Assembly (NCBI RefSeq): GCF_963853765.1
Contig: NC_088859.1
Location: forward strand, 1,736,001 to 1,800,000
DNA: 64,000 nt
Reading direction: 5' to 3'
Source of the DNA: Magallana gigas
Taxonomy: Eukaryota
Shown: positions 1 to 11,700 of the stretch, in pieces
How positions within the stretch are numbered: position 1 is the stretch's first letter
How the letters are laid out: each line of letters begins with the position of its first letter
Made by a program: the position numbers and the translations under genes
Notes under the pieces: model-generated
What the model saw: only the letters and a program-made list of their open reading frames with translations
Told to the model about the DNA's origin: nothing
Databases searched by the model: none

Positions 1-1775
1 AGTTTTGTGATTTAACAATTTCCGACCCCCAGCAACTTTTCAATATCCGGAAATTAATTGTTTAACTTTTTTGTTATAGCTTGCTTAAATGAAATGTGTG
101 ATAATTCTATAGTCTTTATATAACACTATTGATCATCAATCATTTCAGCTGGTGTTACAGAGTATATATACATGTATCTTTGCTGTTTGAAGACTTTGAT
201 TTGCCGGCCGAACGATAGTTTAAACACAAATCCACTTTCCATTACAATTATGTTAATCAATTAACTAACCATGCTGTATCTTTGTAAAAAAAAAAAAGGG
301 GGGGGAATCCATGATTTGATTTTTTTAAAAGTTTCAATTTGATAAATATAACGTATTGAAAACTTATGGATGGTTACATTACTTTAATCTGAAGGTCAGG
401 GGTCCTTAAACTGTAAATATAAAATAGCACACAAAAATGGGCGTGAAACTTGTTGAATATTTTATGTGAATGCTTTTTCACGTGAAATTCATGTGCATGC
501 AGCTAGTTTAGCTGTATGCATTGTTCCACATAGTTAAAGTAAGAAATGCATTTATCTTTCTGCGTTCCTGAGAGGCACCTGACGTTCATATACATATTTG
601 TTTCTTAATAACAAAAATATACACCCTACCTATAAATACAGTACATCATGAACGTTACCGGTATATTTAATATAGCAGGTTCATTGTGTAAATGTTGAAT
701 TAACCTATCGTAAAACTGCATATACCTGTGTCATGGCCTGTATGTCAAGTTCTTAGGTAAAGTACATGCAATCAAAGTTATATGCTACATGTACTATGAT
801 GCATATTCAGTATTGACTAATGAATATTGTGGCTATATAAATTATGTGCGATATACACATACTTGTACATTCGTATATGACTAATATTTTCACTATCAAG
901 CCTTTTAATTTATCATATGCATTTCAGCAATCTATCGATACACGTATATAATTATGTTTCTATATGAGAATGGAATTACCTAAAGGGAGGGGATCATTTC
1001 CTGTAGGACTTCACACCACTGTAAAACTAATCAGAATTTTTACACATTAACATAACAAAAATAACACAGGTTTTATATTACACTGTTTTATTTATGTACA
1101 TAAAATTACACTTAAAATCAAAATTCCACAAGTGAAAATAAAATATAAACAGTCAAATTGTGGATTTTTTGGTATTTTTCTTCTCGCCACTTTCTAGTCC
1201 TCCTCTTCTCACCTCACCTACTCTCTCTTCACTGTGTCTCATTTTTGTCATTTTTTTAATGCTTTTTCCAATATGCATGTCAACTACACACTTCAGAAAA
1301 AATCAAAGTTTGAATGGGAGTGGTTTATATTAGTTACATCTGTCGTTCCATCGCCACAGTGGTGCATTGTGGGGTCATGATATGGGCCATGAGTTTGAGG
1401 ATGGAGGGGAGGGGGCACCTGTTACACCTCCCTCCCCTGTGCTGTTCCCCCAATGTCTGGATGCGTAGCTCTTTACAGCTGGGTACACTAAGGCAGATGG
1501 ACAACATCAGTAACAAACCACCCCCGGGCCAGCCCTCAGGGTCAGGAACTGCTTCCTTTACTCTCAATGTTCTGAAACAACACAAAAGGACATGCTTACA
1601 CTCACTATAATTCATTCAAATAATCTTTACAATTTAAATTAACTTTGGCATGCAAAACAGAATTCCATAATCTAATTTTATCTTTAATTTTTTTTTCTAA
1701 CAAATTGAAAATTCTCCATGAAGAGCTTGCTTACTTTTGTATTGCATGTCCGTGGGGTTGCGGTCATCGGGGAAA

Positions 1776-2569
1776 TCAGGCCGGGATCTGGATGACCAGA
1801 TCGTCAGGGTGCTTCAAGCACCTGTTCAGGAACTTCCTCTCCAGCTGGGTTTTCCCTTCTTTGGCAATCTACAAAAGGACAGAGTCAAAAGTACTAAGTA
1901 CTTGAGAATACTCTAATATTTTTAGATTTAAGCATGCTTATTTAAAAGAATTACAGTTATGCATTGCAATTGATAATATTTATAAAGGATTTTTCAGCAT
2001 TGTCAATTAGTTTATCATGTAATATTTCATCACTCCAATTGTTCCATCACACACTTTGTTGAATAGGGTTTCTGAATGACCTTGACCTACCTGCACGATG
2101 ACACAGCTGAGGTCATTGTCTTTGGGTTTCCTCTGGGCACTTACTGGGAGTAACAACAGTTGCTCTAGCTTCAGTGTACAATCAACCTACACACAAAAAA
2201 GGTCAAAATATTAACTTCCCACTTAAAACAAGGCTTATTGGCTAATAGTATTTTTTCTTATGAAACTCACGATGGTTACTTATCACCTTAACATATATTA
2301 TTTGTTTGTATTTGTTGGTAAAATCATGCTTACTTTAACAAGTGTTATCCTGTGTTCCCTGCAGTGAGCCTCAATCAACACGTGCTGCATGTGAACCAAG
2401 TCATCATGCTCGGTCTCTACTGGCATCACACACATCATCACCCCCTCAGGTGCCCTGAAAGACAGACACAAAATTATAAATTGTCCATGCACTAACACTT
2501 TTAAGTCCAAGAAATAATAGCTTCAGAACACTGTGCCCAATACAAGTTTACTCAACAGGAATCATCCTC

Positions 2570-2616
<47 letters not shown>

Positions 2617-3133
2617 ACACACATTGTCTACATGTACAGGTGTTATTACTTACATCTGTAGCACCCTGGCACAGGTGTACAGCCCTGCAGTCACTCTCCC
2701 TTTGTCAGCCGCTTGCAGCATCACTTCTCTAAAAGTCTTGTGTATGTCCATGCTGCAACAAAGCACATTTAAAATGGATCAGAACGTAGTATATACTTGC
2801 TACATAAATAACTTTGGTTTTAATACGAATGGTTTGGTTTCTCCAAATTCATTGCCTTTAATTGTTCATCAAATTTTTATGCATGCTATTTATAATCCTA
2901 ATGGCAATGAAATTTTGTGATATTTGAGTATACGAACAATATACGAATAGAACAGGCAAGGCGGATCTTCCATTTCCCGTTTGCGTCAAAATGTGTAAAA
3001 CTTTTACAACCCTAGCTGTTGTATACCTTAATTGAATATCAGCAGTGTTTTATATATATTAGCACCGATGCCGCATACTTCCAACATGAAAATTAAGAAG
3101 AATTCTTTACCTGTCGTCTTCAGGAAAAGTCAT
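1776..3133 (-). CDS. GADD45: GADD45-family growth arrest and DNA-damage-inducible protein, 5 coding exons, 143 aa
   Basis: Exons 3111-3133, 2654-2752, 2334-2454, 2091-2186, 1776-1868; all GT-AG, phases consistent (432 nt). Translation MTFPEDDSMDIHKTFREVMLQAADKGRVTAGLYTCARVLQMAPEGVMMCVMPVETEHDDLVHMQHVLIEAHCREHRITLVKVDCTLKLEQLLL...NDLSCVIVQ...LVIQIPA matches the GADD45/L7Ae-fold pattern (ITVGVYEAAKLL, IHFTLIQAFCCEN, DLHCVLV). Vertebrate paralog not assignable. Confidence 0.9.
2569..2615. repeat. (CT)n microsatellite in GADD45 intron
   Basis: Direct dinucleotide run. Confidence 0.9.
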
Positions 3134-3289
3134 AGTATCCAAGGAGATATTTTGTAGACCACACAATCTCTGTCTCTGCCGACACATCCGTTTCGTTCTC
3201 TCTCTACGCAACGTGTATCTTGTGTCAGCACATTCTTTGCAATTGTACTTTGACCTACACTCAGGCGGGGCTAACACAGATTCTCGTTC

Positions 3290-3385
3290 ATTGATTGGCC
3301 ATATCACGGGTTAAAAGGCCAACTTCCTCATTATCATGGCTACCAATGATGTCATTGTAAACAAATGTAAATAAAAACACGTGGA
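3290..3385 (-). promoter_or_regulatory. Putative GADD45 proximal promoter: two CCAAT boxes, ATF/CRE-like TGATGTCA, forkhead sites GTAAACAA and GTAAATAA, E-box CACGTG
   Basis: Motifs read directly within about 100 bp, 160-250 bp upstream of the ATG (GTAAACAA 3357-3364, GTAAATAA 3367-3374, CACGTG 3378-3383). Function not demonstrated. Confidence 0.5.
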
Positions 3386-3833
3386 AATCTCACTGTTGGC
3401 CGGTTAAATCGATTAAATATTTTTATTAAAGTTGTTAATCCATGTCTTTGAAGTTTATTATACTTAGTTTTTGCTGTATTTTAAAAGATCGGGTTAAGAT
3501 ATGAACGTCTACAGAGTATTGCACCATCGCCGGATGTAACAGAATTCTGGATTTTTTAAGACGGGGATTTCCCCGATTGGATTTCGTCATTCATAAACTG
3601 AAGGGACTGGCTGGCCCTTCATAAATCAGATGATGGCAATAAAAAATTTGTAAAAATTCTCTTGCAATATCTTATAATAGTTGCAGTTACATTTATATGC
3701 ATAATTTTGCGCACTTTTTTTTTTTTAGTTTACTTTTTAGGGGTGGGGTAGACTTTAAAAATACCGATGTTTTCCCCCTCTACATCGGATTTGGGAATAT
3801 GTTTTGATTGATGAAAGATAGTTTGTATTTGAT

Positions 3834-3917
3834 CATCTCCGCTAGCCATGGTTTTCTGATACCGCCTCTCACGAGGAGCGGTGCGGATCAGAAACCTTTG
3901 GCTAGCGATCGAAGATG
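3834..3917. repeat. Imperfect palindrome, probable small foldback/MITE remnant
   Basis: catctccgctagccatggttttctgat...atcagaaacctttggctagcgatcgaagatg: inverted arms around a GC-rich core. Confidence 0.55.
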
Positions 3918-5782
3918 GAAGTTGAGTTGATTTTATTATCTTTAAACTGACTAATTATAAGTTGATTTATTGCACGGAAAATATTATAAATAAACTGACT
4001 TTTTCATAAGTCATCGCAGGTAATACACATATGCAGTATATAGGTAGTTTAATTGCCTTTACCACCTCGGCCCCCACCCCCACCCCCACCCCCTGGCCTT
4101 ACTAACCTCACTGATAGATAGACAAGTTTGTCATATACGCCTATTGTTAAAGGAAATACATTTTATACATCGTAAGACTTATATGTAACTAAAGCACTCT
4201 TACCATATGATGTTTCTGTTTAAAAAAAATCATTGCATTGTGGTTTGCGGCTGCAGTAAATACTGAATGGAGATCACAAGCATTTACTATTTCAACTATT
4301 TATTTTTACAACAATCAGCATGCAGAACAAACCCAACTAGATGGGAGTTTACGTTTATTTATATCAATGCCTTTTTCACATCTTTCTGTGATCATAAATT
4401 AAGCTTTACTCTTCTCTGAAGCATGCAAATTAAAACTAAAAACCAATCACATTAATCTTGAAAATGTTTAAAAATTTTAATCTTATACAGGAGTTCCGCA
4501 AATTAAAATAAGAAATATATTTTGTTCTTTAGTAAAAAAAAAAATGTAAAATACCATTTTTGAAAAAAAAAATGAGGAACGACTATTTATACGGATAGAG
4601 TGGAAATACATTTTTTCTACAAAATTTTATAATCTACTTCCCCGTGTCATTGATGATAATCCTTCAACCCTTGGAATGTTTCATAAATCATTTCAAATAA
4701 CTGAGTGGAGAAAACGATGGGAATTCATAAGGATGTTTATACTTTACAAATATAAAACCTTACTACCTGGTTGTATCAGGTATTGAACTCTTTTAAGCGT
4801 TCACCTGTCATTGATCATCATTACTGGGATTTCACGTTGTTAGTTAACAGTGACAATAATTTCCAGATAATAATTTTAGGAATATATAAAAAGGCAATGT
4901 CTGAACGATGTCACACATGCAGCCCCGATAAGACGGACTTCGGCTCGGACGTCGTGCCAAAAAACCACTCAAACGTTAGACTTATTAGATTAAATTCCTA
5001 TATTGTATTACGCTTTGCACAATCGAAATTGGCCTTGGAGTGGTTTTAAATGGTTACATTGTTTATCTGTGTATTGTCGAACTCGCATTAGTAGAGAGCT
5101 AAAACCTGTGCTTCAATGGCGACATAATTTGAATACCTGAACACTCTGCTAGTTCTGATACCCAGGACGTATTCTGGATTTTGGGATTGGGGGGGGGGGG
5201 AGGGGGGGGGTGAGGTTCCTTATAATCAGTAAGCCTGGTCATTATGTCATCCCTCTTTACCCTGACATGAAATAGTAAATTCGTTATAGTTTTCCGCCCT
5301 TGCACAATAAAACTAGATAACACAATTCTGACTGCATTCATATTCAATTTTATGGTGAATATGCATAATAATGAATAACATACATCTACAGGAATTACTT
5401 AATTTATAAGAATGTATTCAAAACAAGAAGAATTTGACGGTACAGGGACAAATATAAGGTTTCTTTTAATACATTTTTTAAAAATTGATTTAAAACAGTA
5501 TTAACACGTTCAATGAAAATCGCCTTTCAATAGCAGTTATAATGTAGGTGTACGAGACTGCATTGTATATAGTAATAGTCATGACTTTCACAAATGATAT
5601 CCCCATCTGACATTGTGTCATCTGTAATTGGATGATACAGCTAGTGTGACGGAACACTAACTATACAACTGTGTGATGACTACTAGAACATTTGGCAAGA
5701 AATCTAGCGTCCGTCATCTCCCACGCCATTCACATCCGGTTCACGGAATCCCTTGGGGTTCGTCACGGAATCCCTCGGGGTT

Positions 5783-8700
5783 CTACCTGCGTTTCCGTGC
5801 TTCGGCTGCCCGTTGCTCATCTTCTTCTTTCCGTTTCTTAGTGATTTCTTTCATTTTTAAAACTAATTCACTGTCAAATAATAAAACAAACGTTTTGTTG
5901 AAACACATTACAAGAAACTAAAAAGGAGAAATTATTTTCCATTTTGAGGAAGTTACTTACCTGAAATCTATATCTCCGTCACCGTCCATGTCAATGAAGT
6001 TGATCAGCGCGTCCACTTGACTCGATGACAGTGGAATCTTTGCTTGCTGAAATTAAAAAATATCATTAAGGAGATTAAATACTCAACAAATTAACCATCA
6101 TAATTGTTTTAAACTTTAAACATACGATATTTTTTGCGGTAAAATAATGTATAATAAAGAAAAAAAAATATTTAAGCTTAAACATTTGATAATTATCCTA
6201 TTAATATCTTTATACAGAGTGAGCTCTTCTTTTAAAGTAAAAAAAATAGTCTAAAAATGGCCCCGACTATTGAGCCCACTTTAAAAATATCAATTAGATA
6301 AATTATATTTTTTAAGAGTCGTCTACCGTTTACCACACAGTACACTTTCAAATTTTAAATCGCAACTTCTCGGGCCTTTCCGGCAGATTCGGACCACAGT
6401 GTTATTCTGAGCCTGACGGAAAGGCCCGCGAGGATGCAATAGAGTACCCGAGAAAGAACATCCAGTGACAAAAAACGATAAATAACAATTGATATTTTAA
6501 CCACATATAGATTTTAAAAACCTTGCAATTTCCGACACACAAAAGCAAGTGACACTTTTGGACCGAAAAATCGGATTTTATAACACCTTCTGCGGAAACC
6601 TTAGGTACATGGTACACCACCCGTCGGATGGTTTCACATTGTTTACTCGTACCTTGATTCCCTGTCTGAATTCGTTAACTCGTACCTTGATTCCCTGTCT
6701 GAATTCATCGTAATCCACACTGTTACTTCCGTCCTCATCAAACTCCGCGAACAGCTTGGCCACGGTTAGATCCTTCTCTTCAATGAACTCCTTAATAATC
6801 CAGAGAGCTTCCTCGCCCAAATCAGCGAAGCCGGCCATCTTTCTTTTCCCGTAGGAGTCCGTGTATCCGTGAACAACTTCTAAGTTAGGGTGAACCTCCT
6901 CCAGGCTCTCCAGTTCCTTGACGACGGAAGCACCTAACATTACGTCCTGGAAAATCAGACGGGCAAGTCATAAATACCTTTAAGTTAATGATTGGTTAAG
7001 ACGTGAACCATGATGCGAGAAAAAAACCAAAAAAGATTTAACATTGATACATATTTTTAAGCACTTCAAAAAATCCAGTTTAACTTAACGTTGTAATGAT
7101 ATTATAAATGGACCTTTTTTAGGGGTTAAAAAAAATCAATTAATTAATATGACAAGGTCTTTGAATTTTTTTTAACAGCTATAAAATGACACGTGGGAAT
7201 ACTTACTGATAAATCTAAAAGTACTAGTTTTAATGTGGTAATTTCTTTAAGTAGATCTATTGACAACTTCACAGTTTCCTCTTTGATGTTGTTCTTGCCA
7301 ATCTAGAATTAGAGAAAATGTTTATCAACGTCACTGAAATGTAACTGCACTTAAAAATATGTGCCAAAACCTCAGATTTAAAAATACATGAAAATTTTAA
7401 TTTAAGCATAGATTGCAAATATCGTAACATTTTCATGCACTATTTTTTAGCATTCTGTCTCATTGATTTGAACATATTTTTATTGTACAAAATTACAACT
7501 GGGGTTGGGCACAAGTACTAAAACTTAGACCGCCCTCTCCTGATACAAGTACGAGTAAATAATGTATATACAACATGTAAGGTCAACAGATCATATGACA
7601 GTATTAATATATAAATTTTCAATGGTGTACAAAAATCAACTAGATCTTTTTGTGTCTATGAAATACCGGTAAACTAAAGAAAATAAATGTTTGTTTTCGC
7701 TGACACTGTTTGCGTTGTCGCATTTCATTCAGCAGAACATTTCTGGCCACTTTGTATATGTTACAAGTATCTCATTATTTTTAAACTTTTCTTTTCAGTT
7801 CAAGCGGTTATTATAGAAGTTGTCTCTGGGTACCTGCTATTGTATTGTTTTGGGACCTCTTTACATAAATTAAAAAAAAACCAACTAGAGTGGGCTACTA
7901 TGAGCAGTTACATGTACGGTAGACAGGAACAAAAAACCTTCTACCCACCCGTAGGACCTCAAGGTCCTCGTTCTTTTTGAAGGCCCTCATGACTTGTGCG
8001 TAACCTTTGTCCCCGATGCGCGAGCAGGAGATATCTAGTTCCGTTAGGACGGCGTTGTTACTCAGACAGTCGGAGAACGCCAGCGCCCCCTCGTCGTCGA
8101 TTCCATTCCAAGAGGCGTTCACTAGCTTCAGTTTCATGTTGTCCTACAATCGAAATGATATTTTAAAACAGAAACTGCACTGTATAATGAAAATCATATT
8201 TTGTTCGCGACGACTTCATTTCGCGATTAATTAAGATGATAATCCGTTTCAGCCATTTATTTTTCCGACTGAACTTTTTTCATCGAAAGAAAAACACAGC
8301 AAAAGATATTCATAGATCAATGCATTTGGCGGAAAATTTTCGCGTTGATGAGATTCTCGCAAAAATTTTTCAAAAGCGAATAAATTTTACAAAATTATAA
8401 ATCATAGATTTAACTTATGTGACGAAAAGGTAGTAATGCAACTTTCATTTATAAACGGTAATACAATATTACTTTAATATCGATTTACTTCATATTAATT
8501 AAATACTACATGTATATATATATATATATGTTTACCTTTAACCCTCTCGCCAAACATTTCGCCCCCGGTACTCTGAATTGGTTCCAGCTTATGTTAAGCT
8601 CCGTCATATTGTTGTTTTCAGCTGAAAAAAAACCCAACACATATACATGTAGAACAAATCCATCATTCATTGATTGATGTTTTACGTCCTTGTTAGCACA

Positions 8701-11700
8701 TTTAATCATCATATTTACATGTTCAAGCGTCTTCGCCTGAGATAACACTACGAATCGATTTTGTAATATATAGTCCAATACAGTTCATCAATGATTATTT
8801 CAACAATTAATCGTACAATTGTTTACAATTATATATAAGTAATGAGGAATCATTCTTTGAATTTTATAAGGCTATCAAATACTGTCGGGTGTGATCAAAT
8901 CTATCGGGCTTTGTTGGAATTGATCACTCCCAACCGTATTTGATCACCTCATAATACTCAAAAAATGATTCCTTGTTCCTTGAATGAAAAAGATTATTTA
9001 ATTGTCAAGTGTATTGCCCGGTCTTGACACAAAATATTATAATACATGTATCAATGGATTTTCAAACGATTCATACAAGAATGCCCTTTTTCATGAGATT
9101 TTCTAGACGTTTTTCTTTTCGTAAACGACTTGTTTAATGTCAAAATTCAAAATAAATTTCTTTATAAATGCATGGGTATGTATCTCTTAGTAAAAAATAA
9201 CTATACAAAGAAGGTTGTATTCAAATACACAGCGAAAAGCATTATTTGCATTGAATATAATCAATATGTTTATGTAAGAATAGTCTTTGTGAATTCAAGA
9301 GGGCTTAATGGCCGTGGCCAGTTTTAGAGTGTTATGATTTTCATTAGAAGATGAGTTCTATTTTTTTTATAGGAAATGCAATTATTCAAAAGGTAAGACA
9401 TAAGGGGTTTTTCTTTACTAAATAACTGTTTATAGATTTGACCATCCAGCCTCCTTACTCCGAACATGTATATCTATTGATTGACCGCGCAGACTTTTTA
9501 ATGCATACAGTTGTGATTCTAAAAAAAATGTACTACCGAGGTTTGCACTTTATCATGTATTCAAAATATTTGTTAATTTGTCTTCAGTGTACATGAAAAT
9601 CACTGGCTTTGGAAACTCCATAATACAAAAGGTAACTTACATATCATTTTTTCAAAGAACGGTGCAGCTATATCTCCGAAGCCATTCCGACTGATGTCTA
9701 GGTAGTCCAATGTAGGATGGATCTGTTTGATACGAGTAAGCAATAATTAACATGCTATTAACTTAACGAAAACTTTTCTTTCTTCTGTATTTCATTCATA
9801 CTTACTTCTATTTCTTTTGTTAGAAATGTTGCGTCGAGATCGGTAAATTCGTTTCCTACAAACATATTTCAATATCTATATTAGAAAAATAATTGATATA
9901 GACTGTAAAGAGAAACTGAGTGCTGTTTCCATGGATGTCTACTGTTGGTTTTTACGATACATATTTGATAGGCTAACTTTATTCTGGTCCTGTTAACCAA
10001 AAATATTTCGTTGAACGGTCACCTCTTAAAGCTTTTTGTCCCAGAGTAATTAAATATAGCCTTCTTGGGACTAGGATACATTTACACAAGAAATATAATG
10101 AATCCTTTTCTTATCAATAGAGCATTGATATTATTTATTTTCATAAGAATATGCTTTATAATATCTAGCGAGTAAATTATACATATCTGTAAGAATATTT
10201 TAACGAATTGATATAAAACGAAGACGATTTTTATCATTTTCATTTACTCTCTAGTGATTTTATGCATTCTTAACACTTTTCAAATGTCATTCCTTTAAAT
10301 GGGTTTACTTTAAAATGAAGTTCACCTTCAGAATGTTTGCACATTAAACCCACTTGTACAAATTGACCTAAAGTTACTTAGTCTCCCAATTCTCATTCAA
10401 AATATTTACTCTCCCGAACTTACAATTACATATACTGACATTTAAACATGGACGGATTGAGAGAGAAAAGTCCCTTTATCCGAATCAAGCCTAATCCTAC
10501 AATGCATTAGATCAAGAGTGATATATCCTATCAAAAGAAAATCACCGGCAATGCTGAGTCTTCTGATTCCTTTGTTGTCTTGAAGCATCATTCCAATTGC
10601 CTTGGCCCCGAAAGTTTTTAAATGATTGTCGGAAACATCCTAATAAAAGAATTAAAGAAACATGACATTAATCTCCTGTAAAAATCACTGACAGTTCAGG
10701 TGTACTATATGTGATTCAATACTCTTATTAACAGCTGCAGTATATATTGTTCATTTTGTATTGTTAGCAGTGTGGAATCTTTTCTAGCCCTGGCCTTGAA
10801 TGCTAGGCGTGGCTTCAAATCCCGGCAGAAACAGGACATACTAGATCTAAGATTGCAATGCTCTTTATCTAGTGTTGACTAACTAGATCTACGATTGTAA
10901 TGTTCTCTATCTAGTGTTGACTTACTAGATCTACGATTGTAATGCTCTCTATCTAGTGTTGACTTTCTAGATCTACGATTGTAATGTTCTCTATCTAGTG
11001 TTGACTTACTAGATCTACGATTGTAATGTTCTCTATCTAGTGTTGACTTACTAGATCTACGATTGTAATGCTCTCTATCTAGTGTTGACTTACTAGATCT
11101 ACGATTGTAATGTTCTCTATCTAGTGTTGACTTACTAGATCTACGATTGTAATGTTCTCTATCTAGTGTCGACTTACTAGATCTACGATTGTAATGTTCT
11201 CTATCTAGTGTCGACTTACTAGATCTACGATTGTAATGTTCTCTATCTAGTGTTGACTTACTAGATCTATGATTGCAATGTTCTCTATCTAGTGTTGACC
11301 TACTAGATCTATGATTGTTATGCTCTCTATCCAGTGTTGACTTACTAGATCTATGATTGTAATGTTCTCTATCTAGTGTTGACTTACTAGATCTATGATT
11401 GTAATGTTCCATCTAGTATTGACTTACTAGATCTATGATTGTAATGTTCTCTATCTAGTGTTGACTTACTAGATCTATGATTGTAATATTCTCTATCTAG
11501 TGTCGACTTACTAGATCTATGATTGTAATATTCTCTATCTAGTGTTGACTTACTAGATCTATGATTGTAATGTTCTATATCGAGTGTTGACTTACTAGAT
11601 CTATGATTTTAATGTTCTCTATCCAGTGTTGACTTACTAGATCTATGATTGTAATATTCTCTATCAAGTGTCGACTTACTAGATCTATGATTGCAATGTT

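Noticed and set aside
1930-1939. p53 half-site AAGCATGCTT in a GADD45 intron
   Set aside because: Only one decamer, no adjacent second half-site; expected by chance in AT-rich DNA.
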